A stretch of 40,976 bases of DNA from a virus. Taxonomy: Duplodnaviria; Caudoviricetes. Position 1 is the first letter of the stretch, and each line of letters starts with the position of its first letter. Shown piece by piece: positions 1-9,734 of the stretch. The stretch spans positions 1 to 40,976 of the IMG/VR virus record IMGVR_UViG_3300020440_000029. One strand, 5' to 3'. The notes under the pieces were generated by a model. That model did no database searches, was not told the DNA's origin, and worked only from the letters and a program-made list of their open reading frames with translations. The position numbers and the translations under genes are program-made.

Positions 1-30
1 TGACACAACGCCAGATGCTGAAATAGTCAT
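1..30 (-). CDS. 5' end of a putative tail-fibre tip/adhesin protein (runs off the window)
   Basis: ATG at 30 directly after the fibre stop; MTISASGVVS resembles the start of 19976-20719 (MPITASGQLA). Confidence 0.5.
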   Translation of the reverse strand, partial: MTISASGVVS

Positions 31-31
31 A

Positions 32-2041
32 TTAAGGTGTCCCGAAAGCTGAGATGTTGTCGGCAGCTACCACTGCACCAGCACTGGATAGCTTGAAGAC
101 TGTTGTGCCGTTATACTTGAAGTTTAAATCGTTATCGGCTGTGTCTAACTCGATAGTCCACTTGGACGCACCGAACCTAATGGCGTTGCCATTGGTGTCT
201 AACTCACCACCTAGTTGAGGTGTAGTGTCCGACACTAAATCAGTATTGATACCAGTCAGCGCAGAGCCGTCTATAGCTGGTAATGCTGATGGAAAGCGAG
301 CGTCTGGGATTGTGCCTGATGTAAGATTGGAAGCATTAGCTTGAGCAACAGTCAGGCTAAAAGCACCGTAAGCGATGATGTCCACATTGTCATTTGTGGC
401 AGCTGCTGAAGCTAGTGTGATTGATGTTCCGTTAGTTGCAGTGAAGTCTGCCGGCGCAAGTTTAACGCCGTTAAGATAAACATCTACAAACGCCTGACCG
501 CCTATAATATCATAAGTTGCCGGAAATACAGTCGTAGAGCCTGTGTAAGTACCAGCTGAAGTTCCTACAGTGAATGAGCCACGCTCAGTCGTTCCATTAA
601 CGCTTGAACCTGCATCGTTAAATGTAGACCCATCATATACCTTGAGTTTGTTCTGACCTGTGTTTGAATCGAACCACAAATCTCCAGCTGTAAGTTCTGG
701 ACCAGATGGCTGTGTTGTACCTACAAAGTAAGTATCACCAAAGTTGTTTACAGCGGTCAGGTTGTTGTGGACGTTATTAATTGCAGTCAGTGCAGCATCA
801 ACATTGTTAATAGCTGTAAGCGCACCATGAACTGACCCAATAGTGTTCGAGCCTGTCAGGTTGCCAGCTACAGTTCCAATAGTGTCTGTGCCAGCAATAT
901 TAGCAGCCACGTTTCCAATATCAGTTGCATCGTTAGCCACTGCTGTGATGTTTGCTAGGTTTGTTGCGTTAGCAACTGTGTTCACTGAAGTAATGTTGGA
1001 TGCCACAAGTGACAGGTTACTGTTTACCACTGATATGGTGTTGCCCATACCATTGCCATGTACAGTGCAGTAATAACGAAGTGATGATGGCGCATTGGAG
1101 GCAACATCTATCTGTACTTGTGCACCTGTCGAACCTGCTGTGCCTGTTGTAGTGACACCAGTTGTGTAGCTAGTACCTGAGCCATCTTTAAATGCAAGTG
1201 GATGTCCAGTGTTTGTGCTGTCAGACAAATCAAATATGTATGTGTTACCGCTAGTAAATGTCAGCGTCGGATTTGAAACACCGTCTATGTAATAAACACC
1301 GCCTGCAACTGTTACAACGTAAGTTGTTGTTGCTCCGAGAGCATTAGCCAAACTTGTTATATCACCAGAAATAGAAGCTAGAGTGCCTATGTTGGAATCT
1401 CTTGCAGCTACTGTACCTATATCAGCATCTCGTCCGGCTACAGTACCTATGTTTAGGTCTCTTGCAGCTACTGTACCTATATCAGCATCTCGTCCTGCTA
1501 CAGTTGCTATGTTGTTTGTTGGGCTAATCTGTCCAGCAACAGTTGCTACGTCAGTAGACACACCAGCAACTAAGCCAATATTTGTTGCATCTCCTGCGAC
1601 TGCAACTAGATTGTTCGTCGGGCTTATTTGACCTGCGACTGTTGCAATTTCATTGGTCACGGGACCAAGAGCTGCAATGTGATTAGTAGGTGTGATAACA
1701 GAAACTAAAGTGTTGACGCTTGCTTGCTGTGATGAGCTTAAGTTTAATTGCAGCCATGCTGTACCAGCAAGGTCGTATACTTTCATCACATTTAATGTGC
1801 TGTCAAAATACATGGCACCGTCGACTAAAGCGTTACCGTCATTGTCGAGTGTCGGATCTGAGTTCTTTGCGCCTAAAAAACGATCGTCAAATAGGTCGAG
1901 AGCTGTCTCAGCTGCATCTCGAGATGTACCAGCGTTTGTTGCTGCTTGCTCAGCGCTGGTTACGTAACCTTGTAGTTGTTGTGATGTTGTAGTTAACTGC
2001 TGTGGCGTGGTGCCAATGCCTTGATATAATGAGCTGGACAT
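32..2041 (-). CDS. tail fibre protein (669 aa) with internal repeats and a cupredoxin-like module
   Basis: T/G/A/N-rich; DNDGNALVDGAMYF N-terminal anchor segment, GDLWFD motif, IGTVA repeats, GHPL...YYCTVHGNGMG; last gene of the structural operon. Confidence 0.8.
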   Translation of the reverse strand: MSSSLYQGIGTTPQQLTTTSQQLQGYVTSAEQAATNAGTSRDAAETALDLFDDRFLGAKNSDPTLDNDGNALVDGAMYFDSTLNVMKVYDLAGTAWLQLNLSSSQQASVNTLVSVITPTNHIAALGPVTNEIATVAGQISPTNNLVAVAGDATNIGLVAGVSTDVATVAGQISPTNNIATVAGRDADIGTVAARDLNIGTVAGRDADIGTVAARDSNIGTLASISGDITSLANALGATTTYVVTVAGGVYYIDGVSNPTLTFTSGNTYIFDLSDSTNTGHPLAFKDGSGTSYTTGVTTTGTAGSTGAQVQIDVASNAPSSLRYYCTVHGNGMGNTISVVNSNLSLVASNITSVNTVANATNLANITAVANDATDIGNVAANIAGTDTIGTVAGNLTGSNTIGSVHGALTAINNVDAALTAINNVHNNLTAVNNFGDTYFVGTTQPSGPELTAGDLWFDSNTGQNKLKVYDGSTFNDAGSSVNGTTERGSFTVGTSAGTYTGSTTVFPATYDIIGGQAFVDVYLNGVKLAPADFTATNGTSITLASAAATNDNVDIIAYGAFSLTVAQANASNLTSGTIPDARFPSALPAIDGSALTGINTDLVSDTTPQLGGELDTNGNAIRFGASKWTIELDTADNDLNFKYNGTTVFKLSSAGAVVAADNISAFGTP
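1382..1505. repeat. 60-bp in-frame tandem duplication in the tail fibre
   Basis: 1398-1435 is identical to 1458-1495; encodes 10-aa IGTVA(G/A)RD repeats. Confidence 0.85.
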
Positions 2042-2049
2042 ATTGAACC

Positions 2050-2703
2050 TCAGTTAAGTAAATCGTTTTCGTATTGGAATGAAGGCTGTACTGCAGCATC
2101 TACTGTTGCTTCATCTGATGCATCAGCGAGCGCCTGCACTTCTATGTGCAGCTTGTTAAACATGTCTTCAAACACTGCTTTACGCTTATCGTTAAAATAG
2201 TCACAAGCATACAAAGCTGCTGCGTAAGCAAATAAGTCAGGACACACTGTACTTAACACATTTGTGTCAGTTGAATTTACTAGTGCTTGGTCGTCCATAT
2301 AATAGATGACATTAAACACATGACCAGACTGTGGTTTTGGCGTTAGCTGAAATCCGTTTTGTATTCTTGTGTAAAATCTTGGCTTTCCTGTAACACCAAA
2401 ACGAGCCTCTTTTGCTAAAAAATCTCGCAATGGAACTCGCTCAAGCATGTTGTCATCATCATAAATGTAGACAAGCTGAATGAAGTCGGACGGTATAAAG
2501 TAAATGCCAGAAGTCGAGTCATATATAAAGTTTGTTGTAGTACCAACAACGATTTGTTGGCGCTGCTCTAACGCAGGTAACCGCAGCGTGCGCATAATCT
2601 TACGTTGGGCTTGTTGTAAAAACTGCTGCGCAAGTGTGGTGGTGCAATCAGATCTGTTTACGAGATCAATCACATCCTGCTGCAAAGCTGCGTATGTAGC
2701 CAT
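2050..2703 (-). CDS. head-tail adaptor / tail tubular protein A-like
   Basis: 217 aa; MATYAALQQDV N-terminus, GKPRFY and L-x-P-x-P motifs typical of podovirus adaptors; position after capsid. Confidence 0.65.
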   Translation of the reverse strand: MATYAALQQDVIDLVNRSDCTTTLAQQFLQQAQRKIMRTLRLPALEQRQQIVVGTTTNFIYDSTSGIYFIPSDFIQLVYIYDDDNMLERVPLRDFLAKEARFGVTGKPRFYTRIQNGFQLTPKPQSGHVFNVIYYMDDQALVNSTDTNVLSTVCPDLFAYAAALYACDYFNDKRKAVFEDMFNKLHIEVQALADASDEATVDAAVQPSFQYENDLLN

Positions 2704-2704
2704 T

Positions 2705-3001
2705 TTATATCCTCTTATCCGAAGTAATAAAGTGTCCCATTTCGTTATTCTTGAGCCATTTTATAATGTCTTTAATCGGTGCTTTGTAGACGTCTAAACC
2801 TTGCTTCGCCATCTCTTCAACGACGACAACAGGTATCGATGCCATTTTCATCATCTCACCAGATTTTGTCATGCCATTGTCGTTGCGCTCTTCAGCGAGC
2901 TGAGACAGATATGAGTCAGGTATTTCTTGCTGTGTAGTACGCCACAAACCGTCAGTGTCTTGACGTATATTCGTAATCGTATCGATGAGTTTATCACTCA
3001 T
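2705..3001 (-). CDS. hypothetical protein (98 aa) downstream of capsid
   Basis: AAGGAG RBS; ASIPVVVVE motif; tight packing. Confidence 0.7.
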   Translation of the reverse strand: MSDKLIDTITNIRQDTDGLWRTTQQEIPDSYLSQLAEERNDNGMTKSGEMMKMASIPVVVVEEMAKQGLDVYKAPIKDIIKWLKNNEMGHFITSDKRI

Positions 3002-3068
3002 AGTAATCTCCTTATAAGCGTGGGCACTCCTGTAAGGAGAGCAAAACCAGAAGTGCCCACGTTATCAC

Positions 3069-4001
3069 TTAGGTAAGTGCAGTGATCAGACCAGACGCCT
3101 TGTAGTTGGCGTGCTTGAGTCCGTACTCAGTTACCATCATGTGTGTGTCGGCATCGCCAGTCTTTGCGAGTAACTCGCGAGTCATTGGGCGAAGCTCGGC
3201 AATCTTCCAGTTGGCTGGGTCGTACATGAACGCGACATCAGTCTTCAAGAACCGGTTCATGACTACACGCTGCTCACCGTATGGAGAGATGTAGACATCA
3301 ACTACGTTCATCAGTGTGCGACCACCGTTAACGAAGTGCTCTTGACGAGCGTTACCAGAACCAACAGCTGAACGAGTGAAACCAGCGATTACAGTTGAGT
3401 CAGCAGGCTTGATCATCAGAACTGATGCTTCTGCGCCTTCATCATACAGCTTGTCGCCAAGGTTAAGGATCATCTGTTCAGACAGTGCTGCAGTACCACC
3501 AGCTTCTTGAACTGATGAGTCGATCACGCCATTAGAGCCTGCATCGTTACCGTGGATGTTGGCTGTGAAACGAGCTGCTGAGGATGAACCAGCTGCAGCG
3601 TTGTTGCCGCCTACTGTACGGTCACCAACCAAGTTAAATTCGATATCACGCTTAAATTCAGCGGCTTTTTTCGAAAGTTGGTAAGCAGTTTCTTGCGCAC
3701 GACCGTATGCGTCGATTGCGTCTGAAGTCGCAGACACTTTAATTGTCTTTGACTGGATCTGGGTGTAGTTCGAACGCATCACTGTTGGTGTCAGTGTAGC
3801 TGATGAAGCTGTAAAGCCTTCAACTTCAGCATTTTCTGCGACAGCCGCTAGGCTATCTTCTTGCCACTGAAACAGTGTGTTGTGAACTGACTCCTTGCCA
3901 ATTGATGACAAGAAGGGAGTCGTTGTCGGCGTAATATTGCTGATAATATCAGAAATATCTTCTTTGATGCCGACCTGGTTGTAGGTGAGATACGTTGCCA
4001 T
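3069..4001 (-). CDS. major capsid protein (SU10/DUF5309-like)
   Basis: 310 aa; EDISDIISNITPTTTPFLS, QWQEDSL, NYTQI, ELLAKTGD, EYGL motifs; follows scaffold. Confidence 0.85.
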   Translation of the reverse strand: MATYLTYNQVGIKEDISDIISNITPTTTPFLSSIGKESVHNTLFQWQEDSLAAVAENAEVEGFTASSATLTPTVMRSNYTQIQSKTIKVSATSDAIDAYGRAQETAYQLSKKAAEFKRDIEFNLVGDRTVGGNNAAAGSSSAARFTANIHGNDAGSNGVIDSSVQEAGGTAALSEQMILNLGDKLYDEGAEASVLMIKPADSTVIAGFTRSAVGSGNARQEHFVNGGRTLMNVVDVYISPYGEQRVVMNRFLKTDVAFMYDPANWKIAELRPMTRELLAKTGDADTHMMVTEYGLKHANYKASGLITALT

Positions 4002-4016
4002 CTCATTTTCCTTCTC

Positions 4017-5030
4017 TTAGGTTTTGCTGTCAGCAGACCATCTTGCAAGGAACGCATCACGTGCTGCATCGGTTGAACCAGACTTAGCGAGGTTTTCCAT
4101 GGCCTGCTTAGTCACACGTGCTTTTTGTGATGTTGGCTTTGTTGCTCCAGGCTTAAGTATTTTCTTGGGCGCTTTGGCACGTTTCTTTACAGCTACTTTC
4201 TTAGCTGCGTCGTACTTCATTGCTTTCAGAACTAACTTAATGGCTGCTGGATCAACGAGCTGATCAATGTCAGTCTTGCTGATACCTTGGCTAACACCAT
4301 ATTCCCTGAGCTTGTTATAGAGATCCTCAGACCACTCAGGGACATCAGCCTTGAGTGTTTCCATAGTCTCAGCAACCTTTGTCTTGAGTTGTTCACTCTG
4401 GGCTGCTTGTATCATCTCTATATACTTGCCTGTCTCTTGGTTTAGAAACTCATATTCTTCCATTGCCGCAGACGCTTCTTTTCGTAACTGAGCGAAGTCA
4501 TCAGGGTCCATTTGACGACTAGCGACCAGCATATCGATTTCAGCGTACGGCTTTAGCTTTTCTTCTGCCTTCTGCATTAAGGTTTGCAGCACGGCAGCAT
4601 TCTTTTGAGTTTCAGCTTCAAGAGCCTTGCGCATTTCTGCTACTTGTTGCGATTTTTTCGTAAGCGCTTTCTCTTGACCATAAAGTCTCTTTAAGTCTTT
4701 GACAGGTACTTCCAGTTCGTCGTCACCTACTTTTACTTTTGTGACTAAATCATCAGCTGCTATTTCGTATTCAGCTTCTTCTTCAGTCTCGTATTCAGTG
4801 TCGATCTCTTCATCGAGGTCTATCTCAACTTCTTCGATAACTTCTTGATCTTCAAAAGCCTCTTCTGTTTCTTCGCTTACTTCTACATCTACAGATTCGG
4901 CTTCGCCTTCAACAACGGGTTCTGATGTCTCCTCTTTCGGAGAGTCTTCCCAGCGTTGCATAAAAGCACCCATTGCTTCTTGCATTGGGTCTAACGGGGT
5001 CTCGGAGACGCTTTTAGTAGTCTCGTCCAT
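4017..5030 (-). CDS. capsid scaffolding protein
   Basis: acidic N-terminus, KVKVGDDELEV motif, coiled coil, basic C-terminus; directly upstream of capsid. Confidence 0.75.
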   Translation of the reverse strand: MDETTKSVSETPLDPMQEAMGAFMQRWEDSPKEETSEPVVEGEAESVDVEVSEETEEAFEDQEVIEEVEIDLDEEIDTEYETEEEAEYEIAADDLVTKVKVGDDELEVPVKDLKRLYGQEKALTKKSQQVAEMRKALEAETQKNAAVLQTLMQKAEEKLKPYAEIDMLVASRQMDPDDFAQLRKEASAAMEEYEFLNQETGKYIEMIQAAQSEQLKTKVAETMETLKADVPEWSEDLYNKLREYGVSQGISKTDIDQLVDPAAIKLVLKAMKYDAAKKVAVKKRAKAPKKILKPGATKPTSQKARVTKQAMENLAKSGSTDAARDAFLARWSADSKT

Positions 5031-5276
5031 TTATTGCTCCTTGGCCTCTAACAATTGTGTTTTCATGAGGACCTGTTGATTAAGTGTATTTATGATTTCT
5101 TGAACGGAGCGTGCAGCGTAATAAGCAGCTTGCCTTTCTTCTACTTGCTCTGGTTCGGTTGAAAAAAACACGCCTACGTATTGGTCCAGTAGGCTGCGTA
5201 CAGTGCCATTAAAGGCATCTGTAGCGAGCAGCGTCTCAGCACGAGTCCCCTGCTCAATAATTTGTTGTGTCTCCAC
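5031..5276 (-). CDS. hypothetical protein (~81 aa)
   Basis: start moved to GTG 5276 because AAGGAG precedes it; same frame as ORF 5031-5351. Confidence 0.6.
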   Translation of the reverse strand: METQQIIEQGTRAETLLATDAFNGTVRSLLDQYVGVFFSTEPEQVEERQAAYYAARSVQEIINTLNQQVLMKTQLLEAKEQ

Positions 5277-5286
5277 AATGCTCTCC

Positions 5287-5550
5287 TTAACATTTCCAGC
5301 GACGTCGCGCGGCTTTGCCACGCTCACCTGTCCAACCTTTCGATCTGGCACAAAATGATTTGCGTCGTTTAGCAGCTTTGCTGCCAGGCTTAACCTTACC
5401 TGTCACTGGAGCTTTTAGTTTACCACCTGTTGCCCTGTTGTACTTAGCTCTGCCTTTTGCAGTTAAGCCAGCACCTTTGGACGCAGGTAATTTCTCACCT
5501 CGACCGACTGACAGCCGAGGCTCACTTTTCTTCTTTGTCTTAGATGGCAT
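5287..5550 (-). CDS. small very basic protein (DUF6321-like)
   Basis: GLTAKGRAKYN...RRKSFCAR...RRRWKC; family assignment from memory. Confidence 0.6.
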   Translation of the reverse strand: MPSKTKKKSEPRLSVGRGEKLPASKGAGLTAKGRAKYNRATGGKLKAPVTGKVKPGSKAAKRRKSFCARSKGWTGERGKAARRRWKC

Positions 5551-5639
5551 TAGTAGCCACCTTTTCTCTTACGCTTTTTGCATGATTTTGCTGCACGACA
5601 TTGTGTTTTTGACTTGCAGGTTTTACATGTTTTGAACAT
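5550..5639 (-). CDS. 29-aa Cys/Lys-rich peptide MFKTCKTCKSKTQCRAAKSCKKRKRKGGY (not in ORF track)
   Basis: AGGAG RBS, TAATG coupling to the next gene, fills the gap after portal. Confidence 0.6.
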   Translation of the reverse strand: MFKTCKTCKSKTQCRAAKSCKKRKRKGGY

Positions 5640-5648
5640 TCATAACTC

Positions 5649-7682
5649 CTAGGAATTAGGGCTGACTACAGCCGTACGTTCTTCTGCAGGTGTCTGTTTA
5701 GCCATCTGCAATTCTTCGTACGCGACGTCAGCACGGATTTCGCTGTCAAAGTCTTTACGTTCTTCTGTGCTGTAGGCAGTAGCCATAGCAACTTCAGCGC
5801 GCTTCTGCTCAAGTTCAAGACGTGCTTGTTCGAGCTGCAACTTCATCTGTGCTTCTTGTTCTTGCAACGCCACTTTGCGCTCTTCGAGCTCCATTTGTTT
5901 CATTGCAATTTGCTGCTGCATTGCTGCAGCTGGATCAGGCTGTGGCGGAGGCACTTGCTCAGGTGGTGTTAAGAAAGTGTCGACATCCTTAATACCTGCG
6001 TTGAGTAGTGCTTGACGCACCATAGCGTATCTATTCTCGGGAGAATAAAACTGCTGCATGCCTGGATCTTGCGTAAGCATTGCGTGAAGCTGTTGAAACT
6101 TTTGTGCTTCTCTTTCGCTTTCGCCATAACCTAACTTGAATGATACTTCGACATCTCGTCTTTGTTTCCAAGCCTGTGGTTCTATTTCAACATAGTTACC
6201 TGCTACTTCAACGATCTTTTCGTATTGTTCGTTTTCTATTGCAAGTCTGTACACTTCAAGCACAAGTGGCTTTAAGAAATTATTTGCAAAGTTGCGAGCA
6301 ATAATCTTTGAACGCTGCTGTGATAAGCTAACTAAATTCTCGACCATAGCAGCTGAGTTTTGTTTACTCACTGCATCTTTGTTTAAGCCTTGTGACAACT
6401 TACTCACGCCAGATGTATTTTCTGCGTCTTCTTCAAGTTGCTGCATGGACTGAAACACAAATGGGTTTAGTGTGTTTTGCATCAGTGGTGTAACACCATC
6501 AACACGTGTCACATTGACTATGCCGCCTAAACGATTGTCTAGCAGCTCGCGAGGATTAGTTAGTGCACCTTTTTGTACAAGGTAGCGAGGATTAGTTGTT
6601 ACAGAAGCATGGTCAAGGATTGACCTCATCAGTGCTGTTTTTGCGTTCTGTGTTGGCATCAGCTTATAAGCAAAGTTTTCGCCATGAAACGAGTGTGGCA
6701 CTGGTATGGGTGTGAACACAATAAATGGTCTGCGATCAACTTCTTCAATGTCTAGCATTGTGTTGCCAGCAGACATCACTTTATATAAGCGTGCTTCACC
6801 ATCACCTTCCATATCAGCTTCGACATAAGACTCATACACAACAACTTGCTTCATCTGCTCTTGGCGATGATGCTCATCAGGTGTCAGCTTTTGTGGACCT
6901 GTCTGTTCGTGACGGTAATATGTCTCGTCGTAGTTTTCACCTAGCGGATCTTCATCTGAGCCAATGCCTTCAATAAGATCAGCATCGAAACCCATTGCTA
7001 TAAGATCTGCTTTGCGCATCACGCGCCTGTGAGCCACAAAACCTTCGTCAATGCTTGTTGACATTGGATTAATGATAAACTCTTCAGGTGGTATGACTTC
7101 TATGCGCACCTGCGAATTATTAGTAGAGCGTCTTAATACACCTGACAACATACCATTTGAGTCATCCAGCTGTGCGAGACCATCTACATCAGACTGAGCC
7201 ATAAGTGTGTCTAGTTGATCAGCTGACAAGTTGTTAAATTCTTCTTCAACTGTGTCTATCTTCTGATCCCAGTACACCTTTGCAATACCATTACGAGCCA
7301 TTAGTCCGTCGTGAACAATGTCTCTGTACAGACTGAAACCATCGTTCTGTCTATGAATGATATAGTTAGTGTAGCTAGTGCAGACACGAGCCATCTCTAC
7401 ATCTTCAGGACCTTGTGGTGCAAACTGCACAACATCTGTTCCTGCTGAAAATGTTTCAAGCAACAGTGCTTTCAAACCTTCAACACCATCGTACACATCT
7501 TGTGACACATACGAGCTATTACCGTTTGACTGCCGCTCAGGTAGCTCTGCGTGATAGTACCGAAGCATCTGTTGCCGTTCGTGGCTGAGATCGCCGTCGG
7601 AATAACCGATAGAGCCTTTGATCTCGTCTTGAACGAGACTGAGCAGCTCATCTTCTGTTAGTGCTGTAAATGTCTCAGCCAT
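5649..7682 (-). CDS. portal protein
   Basis: 677 aa; YVSQDVYDGVE, DGLMARNGIAKVYWD, IEVIPPEEF; C-terminal coiled coil; follows terminase. Confidence 0.85.
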   Translation of the reverse strand: MAETFTALTEDELLSLVQDEIKGSIGYSDGDLSHERQQMLRYYHAELPERQSNGNSSYVSQDVYDGVEGLKALLLETFSAGTDVVQFAPQGPEDVEMARVCTSYTNYIIHRQNDGFSLYRDIVHDGLMARNGIAKVYWDQKIDTVEEEFNNLSADQLDTLMAQSDVDGLAQLDDSNGMLSGVLRRSTNNSQVRIEVIPPEEFIINPMSTSIDEGFVAHRRVMRKADLIAMGFDADLIEGIGSDEDPLGENYDETYYRHEQTGPQKLTPDEHHRQEQMKQVVVYESYVEADMEGDGEARLYKVMSAGNTMLDIEEVDRRPFIVFTPIPVPHSFHGENFAYKLMPTQNAKTALMRSILDHASVTTNPRYLVQKGALTNPRELLDNRLGGIVNVTRVDGVTPLMQNTLNPFVFQSMQQLEEDAENTSGVSKLSQGLNKDAVSKQNSAAMVENLVSLSQQRSKIIARNFANNFLKPLVLEVYRLAIENEQYEKIVEVAGNYVEIEPQAWKQRRDVEVSFKLGYGESEREAQKFQQLHAMLTQDPGMQQFYSPENRYAMVRQALLNAGIKDVDTFLTPPEQVPPPQPDPAAAMQQQIAMKQMELEERKVALQEQEAQMKLQLEQARLELEQKRAEVAMATAYSTEERKDFDSEIRADVAYEELQMAKQTPAEERTAVVSPNS

Positions 7683-9256
7683 TATATTGCCTCGCTGTAA
7701 TAGTCATCGTAAACAGTTACTGGTTCCCAGCCTTGCTGATGTCCATAATTGGCTAGTGCTAGTGACATGACACAATCGTCATGACATCCAGCTTCAGCCT
7801 CCATGCCGCCAGTTTCTGTTTCGATGTAAGTTAGCATTTCGCGTAGTGTTACTTTGTCATTGATCTGCAGCTCTTGCTCGCGCATAGCAGCACGCAGCTC
7901 GTTAATAACAAGTGGTTTACTCTTAGCTGTTGTAGAAAAACCAAGTTTGATTGTTTCTTTATCAGTGACTTTGTCTACAACAATTTCTGTATGAAAATTT
8001 GCGTAATTATAATCTTTGTATAAACGTGTGCATGTTAGCAAACCGTGCGAGTTACTCTCGCATATAATATATGCATCGTTAAAAAACTCACCAAGTCTGA
8101 GTAGCACATCTGCAAAAAAGTCAGGATGAACATGTGCACGATATGATGCAACATGACGTTTTTTACTATCAAGCACCTGTGCGACCGAATAGTCACCACC
8201 TCTGATGCCCATAGCAACGTCTGCACCTATTGTGTACATCTCGCCTGGATCTACGTCTCTGTATAGAACAAGCTCACCTCGTGGATGAGCGACCCACTCT
8301 TCGTCTTCTAGCGCTAAACGATGTGTATGCGGTTTTGCATATTCCAACATTTCGACTAGCTGCTGTGGGTTAAAGATTGGTCTACCGGATGTCAAAAACG
8401 CTTCATCTGCATTTGATGGATATTCCTGCCTGAATAGATCAATACCGTTTTGTGCTACCTTCTTGCGTCTGAAAGCAAGCTGCTCGACACTTAGATTATA
8501 GTTGTCTTTGAGCTCTTGCTCGTCAGGTGTAAGTTCCATGCCACCAGTAGGCGTTTCAGCGTATTCTTCTTGTATAAACCACGGCAAGAAGACAGGTATA
8601 AATCCGTTAGTTCCTTCACAGGCACCCTTCCATAAATCATAAAATTTTCCAGATACACCATTCGCAGTAGACTCAATAAACACAGCGGTGTTCTGCTTGT
8701 TCGGTACTGCCTGCATAATAGCGTTAAAGTTTTCTTCTGCAGTCGACGGAGACCAGAAAGCTAGCTCAGATAAATGAGCTACAGTCACTGTCTCGCCTCG
8801 TGCCACAGACTCACCACCAGCAGTCGCAACTACGTACGAGCTGTCCAGAACATTGAAGTTCAACTCTCTACGTGATGAGTATTTAGTGCTAGGCTTAATA
8901 GGTTCAGGACAGTTCTCATGATACCTGCGAGTCATATCAAACAAAGCTCGTGTGGAGTCAGCATGATGTGTTACAACTAAGCCACGTTGTGCTTTTCGTT
9001 GTGACAGCCACCAGTACAGATAACCACCTACCATAGTAGACAATCCCATCTGACGAGCTTTGAGTATAATAACTCTTATTTTGCTTTCTTCTGCGTATTG
9101 TTTTTGCACAGCGTCTAATAGTGCTTGCTGCGCTATATTAAGTTGCAGTGGTGTTACGTCACCATCTTTAGTTCTGATTTTGAGCGCGTTTTTTGCGTAA
9201 AAATCAAAATCATCCCTCAATCTTTTGCGTATCTTCGTCGCTTTCGTCTGAGTCAT
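7682..9256 (-). CDS. terL: terminase large subunit
   Basis: ILKARQMGLST Walker A, HLSELAFW Walker B, IESTANG, IGADVA and HDDCVMS nuclease motifs. Confidence 0.95.
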   Translation of the reverse strand: MTQTKATKIRKRLRDDFDFYAKNALKIRTKDGDVTPLQLNIAQQALLDAVQKQYAEESKIRVIILKARQMGLSTMVGGYLYWWLSQRKAQRGLVVTHHADSTRALFDMTRRYHENCPEPIKPSTKYSSRRELNFNVLDSSYVVATAGGESVARGETVTVAHLSELAFWSPSTAEENFNAIMQAVPNKQNTAVFIESTANGVSGKFYDLWKGACEGTNGFIPVFLPWFIQEEYAETPTGGMELTPDEQELKDNYNLSVEQLAFRRKKVAQNGIDLFRQEYPSNADEAFLTSGRPIFNPQQLVEMLEYAKPHTHRLALEDEEWVAHPRGELVLYRDVDPGEMYTIGADVAMGIRGGDYSVAQVLDSKKRHVASYRAHVHPDFFADVLLRLGEFFNDAYIICESNSHGLLTCTRLYKDYNYANFHTEIVVDKVTDKETIKLGFSTTAKSKPLVINELRAAMREQELQINDKVTLREMLTYIETETGGMEAEAGCHDDCVMSLALANYGHQQGWEPVTVYDDYYSEAI

Positions 9257-9734
9257 CTAAACTTGCCAGCCACTCTTCAGCGACTGCCTTCACCTCATGC
9301 TTGTTCACAGGCTTCTGCTTAGTGAAATCCAAAAGAGCTTTTGCAGCACTAGTTTTAACTGTTGCTGCATCAGGTCCTTCAGCTATCTCTAACAGAACTT
9401 GCGTAGCACGCTGAGCGATAGAGTCATCATCAGGTAAAATGCCTTGATCGATCATATCTTTCACTTTCTGTTCTGCTTTTTCTTTTGCTATTTCACGAGC
9501 TTTAGCCAACTGTTCAGGTTGTCGTCCCCAGCCGTCAGGTACTCCTCTAGGCCGATGATTTTTTGCGCCCACGTTTCTTAGCATTGCTAGGTGCTTTTGC
9601 CACCTTGGTCCGCCCTCCTGCTTCATTCGTGTTATCGGGTGCAGGTGTTTGTTCTGCTTTGTCCACGCTGGTTTTTTCTGAGGGTTGGCTCTTAATCTCT
9701 TCGACTTTTGATTTAGCGTTGCGTTCGGCTCCAT
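9210..9734 (-). CDS. putative terminase small subunit
   Basis: immediately upstream of and overlapping terL; RPRGVPDG and AAKALLDFTKQKP motifs. Confidence 0.55.
   Translation of the reverse strand: MEPNATLNQKSKRLRANPQKKPAWTKQNKHLHPITRMKQEGGPRWQKHLAMLRNVGAKNHRPRGVPDGWGRQPEQLAKAREIAKEKAEQKVKDMIDQGILPDDDSIAQRATQVLLEIAEGPDAATVKTSAAKALLDFTKQKPVNKHEVKAVAEEWLASLDDSDESDEDTQKIEG

Noticed and set aside
7980-8006. Class A-like ACGCAAATTTT inside terL (and a weaker one near 5335-5356)
   Set aside because: Intragenic and lacks the AWG at the conserved offset
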